A stretch of 64,000 nucleotides of DNA from Syncephalis fuscata S228 (taxonomy: Eukaryota; Fungi; Zoopagomycota): contig JAHLTZ010000058.1 in NCBI GenBank assembly GCA_025786725.1, forward strand, positions 18,985 to 82,984, read 5' to 3'. Shown piece by piece: positions 1 to 13,006 of the stretch. Position 1 is the stretch's first letter. Each line of letters opens with the position of its first letter. The notes under the pieces are model-generated. The model was not told where the DNA came from and did not search any database. It saw only the letters and a list, made by a program, of their open reading frames with translations. A program made the position numbers and the translations under genes.

Positions 1-600
1 TTATTATTATTGATACTGCAGTAAACATTATGCAAATTGCACGTTTAATAGTGCTGATTTGTCAGATTAATTATGGCTTTTTTTCACTGTTTCTCAATAT
101 TATTTTAATAAATTTATATATATTACGCTGTCATGGGTTGCTATTGCAGCATTCTGTGGATTTGGTAAGTTAATATAAAGCTAAATAATCTAATTTATAC
201 TAAAACATATTCAATAGTAATATGGTTTGGGATCATATGCTACAAACTTAGAAAGCATCCAAATGGCCGCCATAAATTCATAAAGGTAGATTATTTGATA
301 AAGTTGGTGCGTTAATCATAATACTTATATATTGAATTAAATGACATGCCTTACTGTATTGGCGCTTTTCACGTATATTACAAATACGATTAAGTGCCAA
401 TTATTGACGTAAATAATTAATTGGCCTATATTTTTAAATGTAGATAGCAAATAGTAGTTGTCTTTACTTTATTTAGTCATCAGTATCTCTGCATTTAGTA
501 CAAATGGAATGCAGCCAATTCATTTACCAATACTGCGCAACGATATTTTCTATAGTTTCATAATTTCAAATATTGTTAATGCTGTGCAACAATAGTTTAG
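1..600 (+). other. possible 3' part of an intron-containing membrane-protein gene (or remnant)
   Basis: Hydrophobic reading segments (FNKFIYITLSWVAIAAFCGF / VIWFGIICYKLRKH / LSLLYLVISISAF) are separated by GT..AG introns (GTAAGT at ~165). No family recognised. Confidence 0.25.
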
Positions 601-1558
601 TCGATAATACTGTTACTGGTGTTACAAAAATTTAGCATTGGAATCTAGCGAACACCAGCATTTTTTGCTTTATTTGTATTACGCACACTGAAACTTGGTG
701 TTCTATTACCCACTTCAGTTGATAACATTAGCGCATTATGGCAAACTTAATATTAGTCACTTTTAATAGGATGTATGTTACAATATTTGATTTATATACT
801 TGTACAATAATAGTTTTATATCCAAACAACTGTCTATGTACTAGAAGCTAGCTAAACAGTCATGTCGCGATAGAAAAACTTGAATAATTTATTTAAATAA
901 GTTAGTTGTTTATTTCTATAGTTATACAGTTTACTCATTAGTCTGTATTACAATCAAACAGAAAGAATAAATTAATTTGGTCGCACATACAATCTTGAAA
1001 CAAACCACGTTCTAAACAATAATTGTATTTGGATTAAAATAACAGCTATGGTCGTGAATAAAAACTATTTCATATTCATTAAGACTAGCAGTCTCTATCA
1101 TTAACTTAGTGCAGTGTTACTTATGCAAATAGTAATGGCGTAAACATCAAAGTGCTAATAGTAATATGGTATTGATATTATTAGCAAATGAATTAGCGTA
1201 GTGAAATAATAATGACCATACAGTTAGCTTATTTAAGTTAAATGCTTGTGTTGCTTATTATTATTAGGATTGTACTATCAATGCCCAATGTTTGGGACTT
1301 AACTAATAGCAGTATTTTTATTGGTATATTACTATCCATACCATATTTAATCCAGCTATTGTTACATTTGTGTAAGATAAAGACACAGTGAGTGGTATTA
1401 ATTGTGTATTTTAGCAATATATAAACCAATAATTATGCCATTAAGCTAAATAGCAATATTTTTATTTAATAAGCTTATTTGATTCTCTGTTACGTATTGC
1501 CAACAATTTAAACCGCAACAAATTACGTCAAATTTCTGTGAAAATAACATCAGAAATC

Positions 1559-2227
1559 ATGATAGCTTGGGCCAGTATTATTTTTGTTGCTATTCTCGGT
1601 CTTGGTACAATTGAAAGTGCACTGGCCCACATGAGCCTAGCGACACCAATTCCGCGTGGCAGCCTCAAAAACACCGGATATCCAGTAGACTACAATCTTC
1701 AAGCTCCACTTAATAATGTGGCATTTCCTGGTGATTTTCCCTGCCGTCACAGACAACGAGGTCCAATTACGGCAATCTACAACGCTGGCCAGTCCATTTA
1801 TGTTGATTTTGATATAAACAATCCACATAAAGGTGGTCATTGCCAATTTGGTCTTTCATACGACAACGAAAATTTTGTGGTGCTAAGGACGATGTTCCGC
1901 AATTGCTTTGATGTATTCAACTACAACATTCCGATTCCTGCAGGTGCCAGGGGTGGCAATGCCGTATTCAGCTGGAGCTGGATCAATGCTGATGGAAATC
2001 GCGAATTTTACATGAACTGTGCCGATATTCATATCAATGGGCCGTTGGACGGCAGCGTAACTGGCCAGAGAGTAATGGTTGCCAACATGCCAAACACGCC
2101 ATTCATTGACCAATAAATCTATGGAAAGGGCACTGATGGTTATGAATATTATAAGCAGTGTCCGGTCATTACTATCCCTTCGAACGCTCAACCGCGTGCT
2201 AATGGTCGTGTTAATGATCGTTATTAA
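1559..2227 (+). CDS. secreted lytic polysaccharide monooxygenase, AA11-like (putative chitin-active), with in-frame TAA at 2114-2116
   Basis: Signal peptide ending ALA then N-terminal His (HMSL..PIPRG), FPCR, H-KGGHCQ, FSWSWIN..GNREFYMNCADI. The same frame continues past TAA 2114 to TAA 2225-2227. Confidence 0.8.
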
Positions 2228-2450
2228 TAAATCTCATTTTGTTATTTACGATTAATGTGATTTTTAAACATACAATATTGCTGATTCAACTATGATGTTT
2301 TCAATTGATACATTTCCATTCTTGTAATTTTTATTAAACTGTGTCCATAATATTAATCACTAATTTCACTTTACTAGTTTACTTTAATAACGACTAGGAA
2401 ACATCATACCAATATATTTGCTTTATTCTAAAACCTTAAATTCAAAAAGC

Positions 2451-4294
2451 CTATTCTTGAGCCAAATCTAAAGGTAAATTCCATTCTGTAAAACACTGAC
2501 GTCGAACCTCCTCTTGATTGGTGCATGGTGGCAATTGACTAAAATATGGCCAGTATTAACCTTCAACTAGCACTCGCATGCTATTATTACTTACGGATTT
2601 TTGATATAACGCAGTATTTGTTTTAATGCAGTTGTCTGACGGCAAGCAAGTCTATAGAATGATGAAGCATTAATAAAATAGCATACATGTCAGTCAACCT
2701 GCCTTTGATTGCAATCTTTTAACCAGTTAATAAAAGCACCATCATTCTTTACCACACTCGTGTTTAGTATACTCTGCAGTTTCACTGTTGAATTTGGATC
2801 TTTAGAAATATCCTCAAGCATACGGTTATTTGAGTAAGTTTCTCTATAATTGTGGAGCTCGTTGTTGAAAATTGATGCCTATAACATATCTAGCACTTTT
2901 ATTAGCTGATTAGTCATGACAGAACAAATAGCTTACCGTTCTGCGTTGGCTGGTCGGCTACAAACAGGTTTAACAATGTGAATTTTTTCAAACGACTGGT
3001 AAAGTACATATAATAATTCAACCGTGCATGGATGATGCAAATCAAAGAACTTGCAAACAAACGTGCCACCAACGCGTAACACTCGAAGCATGACGTTAAT
3101 TTCATTTAAAATCAAATGCAATGATAACGTCTCTTGTTCTTGCTCTTTTCCAGTGACATCAAATGCCTATTAAGTATCACAGAAAAACTGTTTGTTAATA
3201 GCACTTCATTATTTGCCGTAAAACAACTTACACCATCAGCCACTACTATATCCACGCCTTGTTGATTTGTCTCGTTGAATACCACATTGGCAAAATGATC
3301 AGATATCTGCTGATTGCACAAATCACCTAGTGTAAATAAAGTTAGTACACAATAATTATAAGTACATCTGCATATATAACAATTACCAGTATCATTAGGA
3401 CTTTTGCCATAAATAATAGTAAGATTCTGACGTGCAAGTGCATCGGCATGAAATTGATCCAAGTTAAAGTCTTTCTCTTCTCCGGCTCCTGATGCTGCAC
3501 TCAGCGTAATCGCCCATCCCTTTGCCTCCTCTCCCCAGGTATGACGACGCCATAACATATATTCTACCAATAATTAATGATTTGTGTTCTTTGTTAAATG
3601 TTTTGTTTATAAATACCGGAAAATCCACCTGGACCACCTCCCAAGTCAGCAAATGTCAATATCTATTCCATCAATAATATTAAAAGTTTAGTTTGTAGCT
3701 GTGTAATTTTAACAACTAATCACCACTTACTTTATTTTTGGATGACGTGGCTATTAGTGAAAACATCGTATCAATGTTGGCCAGTTTCACGGCACCTCGA
3801 TTCATGAAAATACTTCTTCCAAGACTTTCATGAGGATTCGATCGGCTACGCGCCGTACTTAGCTTCTCATAGTCCACAAACGATAACATGGACTATATGT
3901 GCATTAATATGTCAGTTTTGTTAGATTATTTAATCAACTAAACTTACTTTTAAATCATTGACTTCTGATGAATCGTCTCCAGTATAAATATTGTATAAAT
4001 CAGCCGGTGTCTCATTCTATATCAATTTATCAATTAAAATTACACAAATACAACTAGCTTACCATTTCTGATAATTGGGCATTAAAGGATTCTGATGAAA
4101 GTATATTTTCACTGGAGGATGACAGAGTAAATACAATAGATTCATTTGTTGCTGGAGTAGTATTGGTGTTGCTGTATCCGATTGGCCTGTTGCTTCGCTA
4201 GGCTAATTTGATATTGCTCTTCGGCAACCTGGGCTTCGTGACGGTATTGTCTATCATGGATATGGATACCTGGTGGAGGAACAGGCGAATACAT
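2451..4294 (-). CDS. FtsJ-type cap 2'-O-ribose methyltransferase (CMTR1-like), multi-exon
   Basis: Motifs FMNRGAVKLANID, LGGGPGGFS-EYMLWRR, WAITL, VDIVVADG, GGTFVCKFFD, KPVCSRPANAER, C-terminal RRQCFTEWNLP. The start is uncertain and there are apparent 1-nt frameshifts. Confidence 0.75.
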
Positions 4295-4622
4295 AGTGTA
4301 TTTTTGTATTCAATATCGTCGTCTATATACAACAATAAACAGCTTGTTTAATTCGTCAAATATAACATTCCAGTATTCCAAGTTTACCTGTATATGGATT
4401 CATACTGGTATTCAATTGTTATTGTATTTATGATTACGCAAATACAAGAGGTAGTGGTAGTAGTGGTAGTAGTGGTAGTAGTAGTGACGCGACAGATATG
4501 TCAAAGCTGCAATTTTATTTTATCTAGTTATAATACTAAATATGTGCTACTTATTCAAGTAATAATAATACGCCACATTATTTAGTATTTTTTTATTAAA
4601 AGCTCTTTCTTTAATTTGTATA

Positions 4623-5558
4623 ATGCAAAGTCGGCGTGATTCTCGACAACTTTTAGCTTTTGGAATCTATATACCATCTCAACAATTCTTTATTCTGCAT
4701 GTCCAAAATGTTACTCTAGTCTAAAAGCCGCCAAACAAATAGCGTCTTTGAATAATCGCGGCGAAGAGGCGTATATTTGTTGTAAATGCAAGTGCACTAT
4801 CAGTGCATCGTCAATAGAATATCGAGGTCTGCTTCGGGTTATAGTAAGCATTGAACAGCAGTTATATCTAGGTAAATAGGCAAATGTGCTACTATTTATA
4901 AATAGCAAGTGATTAACAGTATGATATACTACTTAGTGGCCGTATTTAATCACTGGTCAGAAGAGTTAATTGACATGGAAACATCATTATTGGCTAAAAC
5001 ATTAACAGATCCTGCATCAAAAGCCAAAATACCATTAAATATATCATCGATGCAGCTCAACAACTGCGCCATCGTTTACAACAAGCAATTGTTGGCAAAT
5101 GGCTTATATTTAGTGCTAATATACCACGTCAATTTGTTCCAACAAATGAACTGACTGCTGATAACTGCACTTTTCTTCGTTTATCCTTGCATAGTATACC
5201 TACTAGCGGCTATCCTTTTCGTCCTTTGAATCAATTACCAATGGTAAAACTACCGTCATTCAAGTGGGTTGCCGCGTCAACCAAACAGCTATCAAAGAAA
5301 TCAGCAAAACAGAAGAATTTGACACTAAATAAGCCACCATTGCCGTTTTGTATAGCACTTTCTGCAGATCATTTACAACGACAAAACACCAAACGATACA
5401 CGAGTGTCAATGCGTCTATTTTATCCTATATGACTGCACTACCTACACGGCCTTATGCAAAACAAGAGACAACCGCAGAAGATATCGCCCAAGTGACTGA
5501 AATGGTAGATTATCTAAGTCTTTTAAATCCTGACGATACATTTTGGAAAGAGTATTAG
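4623..5558 (+). CDS. RPA70C-type zinc-binding OB-fold protein (DDIAS-like N-terminus)
   Basis: ATG 4623. After a 1-nt shift near 4690 it reads YSACPKCYSSLK..CCKCKC..IEYRGLLRVI, then intron GTAAGC, then YYLVAVFNHWSEELI. This matches the YxxCxxC..CxxC..YR.L pattern of RPA1-C-like OB folds. The last exon lies within ORF 5187-5558. Confidence 0.5.
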
Positions 5559-5785
5559 CTTACAAATTGCAAAATCATTTATTTGTAATCTGTTTTATTA
5601 TATGGCAATGTAAATAATGTAAAAGATTAAAATGTTTTATCAATAAATTAAATCCAATGATATTTGCTTGTACATAATAGACATCGACACTAATGACATT
5701 AATAATAATAATCAATTAAATCATCGTAATTAAATGATTGTGTATTTAAAGGATAAACAAGATAGTAGTAATACAAAAGGCCAGA

Positions 5786-8700
5786 TTACAATTCAGCGGC
5801 CTGTAATTGTTCCATTTTACTCAGTTCCTGAGGTGATAGCTTTAATAGCATGCCCAGAACAGGTATCAATTGTTGCTATATAACATTGTTAGTATAGTCT
5901 ATTATTCAATGTATTCAACTTACTCTTTGTCCACGAAACTCAACGAACTTTAACACAACATGTCTTAAATATTCAAGATTGACCGCTTCACCTAAATGTT
6001 GATCCATAGAGCCACGTGGTTCTGATGGTGAACGTACTTTCATCGGACTGGTGGGTAGACTAGGTACAGGTGATGGTGTTCCTCGTTGGCCGAGTAATGA
6101 TGGTTCTGTTGGATGTTGCTGCTCAATACGTCGTTGCATTCGACGTATTTCATCCTTTAATGTCTATCAATAAGTGTAAATAATGATTAATTTTACAAAT
6201 ACCATTATTATTATGGTTTATTACTTACTTTGTTAAGCGTTCGTAAGTGACTTTCACGTAAAACACCAGCTTCCAATTGATCGTCCAATTGTGTCTTTTC
6301 CTCTTCTAAAGTAGCTATGCGATTCCGCTCTTGGGTTAACTGTGTAGACATATCTTCTTGTTGCTGTTTGAGCTGTGCTACATGTTCAGTGATTGTCGTC
6401 AATTTGTCTAATGTCGTTGTATGTTCAGATTGTATACGCGACAGCTCTTCCTTTGAACTAGCCAAGGCAGTAGCAATTTCATCGCGTTCCTTAACTGCTG
6501 CTTGCAACTGTCGTTCCATTGTTTGGCGCAATACTTCATTTTCTGCACGAATACCATCCATTTCCTTGGCCAGTGCTACTGTACGGTCTTCACGTCGTTT
6601 TAACTCCCGTTCTAGACGTGTCTCCGTTGATCGATAGTCTGTTTCGAGTTCGGCCAAGTTTGCTTTAATACCATCACATTCGTTCGATTTTTGACTAAAT
6701 AGCTGTCGCGATGTATTAAGCTCCTCTTCTAATACCTCTACACGCTTCAGTTGTTGTTTCTGCTGCTGTTCTGCCGTGTCAAATCTTGATTGAAGCTGCT
6801 TCAATGCTGTTTGTAACGATTCACATTCAGCTTGCTTCATTTGTAATGCATCGGCTGATTGCGTTTCCTTTTCCTCCAGCTTCTTATAAGCTTCCATTAA
6901 TTCATCAGCGCTGGCTTTTAACTTTGTAAATTCTTCCGAATCTGTCTTGGACTGTGCAGCCGCACATTCAGTTTCTTTTTCTAAGCGTTTAATAGTAGCC
7001 GATCGATCTTCAATCGTTTGAGCGTGCTCGTCTCGTTCTTGCTGTAACTTTTCAATCTGACGACGACATCCCTTAAGTGATTCGACTAGCTTGTTAATCT
7101 TATCGTCTTGCATGGTTGCTGCTTCTTTGAGATTGGTTATTTCAGTGTCACGCTCCTTTGCAAGTGTACCACCAGTCTTTATTTCTGTTTCCAGCTCTAA
7201 AATACGTTTCTGTCTCACTTTAATATCCTTATGGGCATTATCCAGCGAGATGTTTGTATCTTCAGCTCTTTTACGCAATTTTTCATGATCTTTAGTTATT
7301 TTCTCGTAAAGCTCACGTTGGTGCGTTGCTTCTTTCTTGGCTGTTTCCAGCTCTTGACATATGCTATCAGACTCTTTCTTCAATGTAGCAAGCTGCTCAT
7401 TTGCCTGTTCCAAGTCACTCTTTGCCTGTTCCATAGCTTCCTGTGCTTGCGCAAGTTCCACTGTTAGTTGTTCAACCTTTTCATTGTTAGAAGTAACCGC
7501 CTGCAGTTCTTCTTTATGTTTTAAAGCACGCTCATCCAATTCCCTTGTTAATTCATCAACGCGTGTTTGTACTTCATCACGTGCTGCCGCTACATCCTTC
7601 AACTGTGCTTCTAACTCAGTAACACGAGACGTAGCATTCTCGATTGCAGCTTTTTTATCTGTTTTCTGCGACTGTTGTTCTTGTCGTAAATCGGCTATAG
7701 TTTTTTCAGATACTTCTAATTTGCGTTTAATATCATTAAGTTCACGTCGCATCTTCTTGGCTGCTGCTTTGCCGCCTCCAGTAGCTCCAGTTGCATTACT
7801 GCTGTCATTTAAGTCTTTTTCCAATGCTTCTATAGATGCTTTTAAGACAGCTATCTCGGCAAGCTTATCCTTTTCCAGCTTTTCCATCTCAGCTTGTAAT
7901 CCATCTTTATCCGTTTTTGTACGATCAAGTTCATCAGTTAATTTGTCAATTTTAGTGGACAATGTTGCCGTCTCGTCAGTTTTAGTTGCTTCATCTAATG
8001 CAGTAGAAAGGGAACTACAGCGTTCTTTTAATTCAAGTAACTCTGCTTCTTTATCGTTAAGCTCTGTCACCTTTTGTTTCAAAGGTGCTACTAGTAATGC
8101 TTGAATTTGATCTTGAACTTGTAACGTTTGTTCCACTAATGTATCAATCAATTCTATGGTTGATAATGAATCTACATGGGAATTATCGGTATTAACTTCT
8201 TCTTTTCCTTTTTCTTCTTCTTCATCGACATTAGAACCAAGCTTTTGTATCGTTTGATATACTGTTACAAGTTGTTTTTGTACGGTATCTGTTTGTTCAA
8301 TGTTATGCTGCTTCACCACTTCAAATTGCTCAGTCAACTCTTTAAGCTGTTGTTTATACTGCTCAGTCTGCGTATTTAATTCCTCGCAGCGTGTATTAAC
8401 CTGTTCCAATTTATTGACCTGTTCTTTCCATTGTGTCGTTTCATTAGTCAATTCATCGTTGCATGTCTTTAATGAATTCATTTCATCCTCACGCTTTGAA
8501 ATGGACGCACGAGCTTCAGCAAGATCCTTTTCTAATGTCGCTAGTTATTCATAATTAATTACAATTGTTATTGTTGCTATTATTATTTATATACTGCTAC
8601 CTACTTTGTGTAGCAACAGAGCTTTTAATTTCTTTACTTGAGAGCGCAATTCAGTATTCTCCTTTTCTAATCGATTTAACTTCTCTGTTGTTGCCACACT

Positions 8701-10070
8701 AATTTCCTTTGATTTATTAGCTGATGATGCTTTAGTTTTTGGACTAGATGCTGTAGCAACTACACCGCCCAATGGAGCAATTTCGCCTAAATGTGATTGA
8801 AGATCACTGAGTGCTTTTCGAGCCGTCGGTGTATCTTCTAGTAGCTCATTTAGATCTGCACTTTGTTTTGATTGATCCTGCAAACAAGCATCAAGTTCTT
8901 TTAGTATCACTCCTAAAGAGCGTGGGCCTTGTAATGAGTCTATAGTATATAATTAGTAAGTTATAATAATCGATTATTGTTAAATAACGTATACCTTTTT
9001 CTGAATAAATAGAGGCATGTTCCGATAGTACTGATGCATCAGGCTCAGCTGACACTGCTACAAGTTGACGTTCAAGCTTTTCACGACGTGCTTCATTAGC
9101 CGCCCGTTCTGCATCCATTTGAGCTTGTAGTGTTTTTAACTCCATCTCCTTTCTGTACTCCATATTCATTAGATGCAATAATAATACAAATACTAGTACA
9201 ACTTTTACTTACGTTGTTCTAATTCTGATAATCTTTGAATTTCATTTCGGGCCATCTACTCATGATATGTGTTAATAAATTTAATTTAATGTATAAATAA
9301 ACATACATTACTACGTTCATTTAAACTACGTAAATGTTCTTCAAAAGCAGCAACATCGCCGATACCATCTAATGGTGTAACTTCGCGTAATACGTCTTCA
9401 ATGGCTTTCTTTTCTCGCAGTAATAATTTATACGCTTTAGCTATATCTGTTTCATTATGGTCAGAAATAATCTTAATTGTTAATAAATAACAAATTACTT
9501 CTTACCTGGAAAGCGTGCTTCATACTTTTGTAATTTTTCCAATTTTATTCTGACATCTCGTGGCAATTCAGAAATGCTGCCTATTGTACTAGACGGCGAT
9601 AAAGGATGGTCAAAAATACTGGGCGGCTTTTCTGCAGTCAGTGGATTTATTGATGCATTACTTTCTGTAGGCGAGTTCTCCTTTTCTGCATGTTCATTGT
9701 TGCTATCAGATGTAGGATTATTCGAGGTTGGTAGATCATATGGATGTTCTTTGATACTACTATTATCAAAAGGACTAGTTACGCTTAGTTGAGAGGCATT
9801 GTCGTCTTGAACGGCATCAGGTTCTGTATCGATTTGATAGTGGTCACTGTCGGCAATTGCCTCTACTTCATGTAATAATTGTTCCGCAGATGTTACCGAA
9901 GGTGCACGAGAACGCTGCTGCTGCTGCTGCTGCTGTTGTTGCTGTTGTTGAACACGAGTACGAGCCCGTGCTATTCCGTTGGCCATAGCATTGTTAGCTT
10001 GTTGTAGTCGTTCACTTTCTGCCAATTGTTTAACCGTCGTGTTAAGACGCTCTTTAAAGGAATTAAACAT
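5786..10070 (-). CDS. GRIP-domain coiled-coil golgin (Imh1/golgin-245-like)
   Basis: Long coiled-coil exon (6211-8481) and C-terminal GRIP motif NLEYLRHVVLKFVE...QLIPVLGMLLKLSPQE. N-terminal exon 9495-10070. Confidence 0.85.
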
Positions 10071-11757
10071 GACGAAAGCACACTAGCCCACCAAACCAGT
10101 AGACTGCACAGAGTTAATCGTCACTAAAACACGTCAACAATATCAAAAGAAACCAATAATAATAGAATAATCAAGAAGGCTTGGCAAGTAGTATAGGAGT
10201 AGTAATGATGGCGCCTGTCGTGGTAGTTAAGGAAAGATGAACACGGTAGAGTGGTGGTATTTGTAAACGGAACATTCTGTGTAATATATGTGTGATGTGT
10301 AACAAAACTCTATCCAACGGAATTACTGGTAATGTTCTATTACAATGGCTATCAAATTAGCTTTTCATTTGTTTATTCATGGCATTTTACACCATTTCAT
10401 GTCTTATTGACTAAAACAATTCATTAGAACGAAAGGCCTTCTATGCTTTAGCTTGTCGCTAAAAGAGAAAAAGATTTATTCATTTGTTATTCATTACATT
10501 TTGAGATAGAATAAATAAATAAATTAGTAAAGTTGCGTTCTACTGTAGTCGTATTGTTTTAGTATACAAAAAAGCTATCTACAGACTTACATCTATCTTG
10601 GATATCAAAAGCAATAAATTTTGAAGATAACCATAGTTTTTTGAAGTTACAATAACTTGGCTTTATTGATTTGCAGATTGATGTATCGCGTACTGCTGCT
10701 TTACACTCGCAGCTAATCATATTTAACTGGAACGGCATGGCGTATACGTTGTAGCTTCTTTACATTAGCTTTGATTAAACAATTGATGGCGTTGATAACT
10801 GAGTCTAATGTTTTACTATCAAAACTGCTATTGCACAGTAGGTAATGATTGATGACAGCAATTGATTGTTAAAAAGGCCTCTATCAAAAGCTAGTAGCAC
10901 AGCGTTAAAGGCAAACTGTTCGTTCTGATAGCGAAGTCGTAATGACAAATTAGATGCATGTATGAACCAATCAGCATATCTTTATGGCTTGAAAGTTACA
11001 ACTAGTTTACGTACAACAGTAAACACTTGTAAAGAACCACAGTCTCAATGCATTAAAATTGATGCTGAATCGATGTCATGCACTGCATGGAAAAGGAATA
11101 AACAGGCTTTATTTATTAATTTATTAGTAAAATTATAGTTGTCTGTAAAGTGAAAAACATACAATTTATTTCTTAAATTAAGCGATTCTACTTTTTTTTA
11201 CAAAAAGTATCGAGGCCTGTTTAACAATCTTATAATATTTTGTAACTAACTATGCGCTGTTTGAGCTAAATACAGATACTAGTGGTTAAGATTGTCAGCG
11301 AAGGCAACATCAAAAGTACAACGATACACCATCACTGTTTTGGCAGAAGCCAATAGGTTTTGTTTGCACCACATGCTTGAAGTTGTGTAACAATACTGTA
11401 AAGATTGTTGAGTGTATTTCTACCACATATGTACTAGATGATTGACATCATCGTGCTATTTGTGTAAATACTGAACAGGTTAAAGCTAAGGCTGAAAAAC
11501 AGCATGCTAAATTATGTCTTTATGTCAGTATGCAAGTGCTTTATTGGTTACACTGCATTTCAATGGTATAGCTCATAAAATGGATTATTTGGTTCCCCAG
11601 AATAAGCACAGACTTAAATAGCCCACAAAATACGCACAACTAACCAGTGATATCGTCATTACACTCTGTTTTTCGTCAAATACTCATTACTATCTACTTT
11701 ATATTACCAAGCTCTATTATTTATTCTTTTTGTTTGTTTTAGCAAATTAATAGCAAC

Positions 11758-13006
11758 ATGAAGCTTTCTATGCCGTTATCTGCATTATAGTTATAATATT
11801 TGTAACAACGGCCGGCATAGTAGATGCTAAGCCAACTCTGATCCGTCGTAGTATGTTGCAACTGCAATAGTCAGCTATACATTTGACTGAATATTATTTG
11901 TATCAACAAACTAACATTAATAGGTTGTAAGTTTATTGTAAATTAATCAATATTATGCTGACTATATATTATTTGTCGTATTTATTCAATAACTTGTACT
12001 GGCAGTTCGTAAGCGGCAGTGTATGTTAATTAGCTATACTCTGATTATACCGTTATGTAATACATGTGCTTAATAACATAACGTTGATAGCTGGTAAGTT
12101 ACATTGCGCATCAATTGGCTATATACTAAACCTATTTCATACATTGTGTGCTGCTGAATAACTTGTATCAATAGGCCGTAAGTGGCATTTTATATTAAGT
12201 AACGATATGCTAAGCATATGGCATACAATTTATGCGTTTAATAACTTATATTAATAGTTGGTAAGTGAGATTTTATGCTAATTAATTATGCACTAAGCAT
12301 ATGCCATACATTGCGTACACTTAATAAACCGTATACATAGGTCGTAAGTAAAGCTTTATATTGATTAGCCACGCACTAAATACACTTTATAAACCATACG
12401 TGTGTGTCCTGTACTAATAGAGAGTAAGTAAATTTATATGTTGACTAGTCATTTAGTAAATATACTTTATGCATCCTATGTGTTTATTAACATATATTAA
12501 TAGAGGGTAAGTAAATATTTATACCCGCCGATTATAAACTGAATATATCGCATGAACTGGTATATTTATTAACTGGTATTAATAGATGGTAAGTGGAATC
12601 ATATAATAATTAACTATACACTAAGTGTATATCACGCACCATATATAACCGATAATATATATTACTAGATAGTAGGTGTAGCTGTATATCAAGTATCATG
12701 GTCTAAACGTGTTTCCCATAAACTAAACATATTTAATAATCTGTATAAATAGCTGGTGAGTGGCATTATATACCAGCTAATTATGCACTGAGTATATAAA
12801 ATTATCTGCGTATGTTGTATGGCTTTTATTGATAGACCGTAAGTAATATTGTATATTATTAGCCATGTACTAAATATATGCCAATTGCCGCATATGCTTA
12901 ATAACTTTTATTGATAGCATGTAAGTATAGCTATATACCATTGAATTATACACTAATTATAATGCCTGTATTTTATAAATTTATAAATATACAATAATTA
13001 GTTTAA
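11758..13006 (+). CDS. microexon prepropeptide gene, copy 1 (13 x 3-nt exons); 1-nt deletion in exon 1 (pseudogene or assembly error)
   Basis: Exon 1 11758-11850, corrected MKLSIAVICIIVIIFVTTAGIVDAKPTLIRR+A. 3-nt exons start at 11924, 12006, 12091, 12175, 12258, 12341, 12421, 12504, 12586, 12669, 12753, 12836, 12918. Last exon from 13002. Spliced tail SFPGLGQKDDTDPF*. Confidence 0.7.
11851..13001 (+). repeat. degenerate tandem array of ~83-nt intron+microexon units (14 introns)
   Basis: Repeated pattern GTAAGT...aCTAAa.atat...ttaataacttgtattaaTAG-NNN. Confidence 0.85.

Noticed and set aside
2114-2116. Stop-codon reassignment suggested by the in-frame TAA in the LPMO
   Set aside because: TAA terminates many genes here (ATR, golgin, TBC, ALDH6A1) and is absent from long exons.
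6317-8554. Plus-strand ORFs (e.g. 7361-8104) and similar antisense ORFs elsewhere
   Set aside because: Shadow ORFs antisense to real coding exons, with Ser-rich low-information translations.
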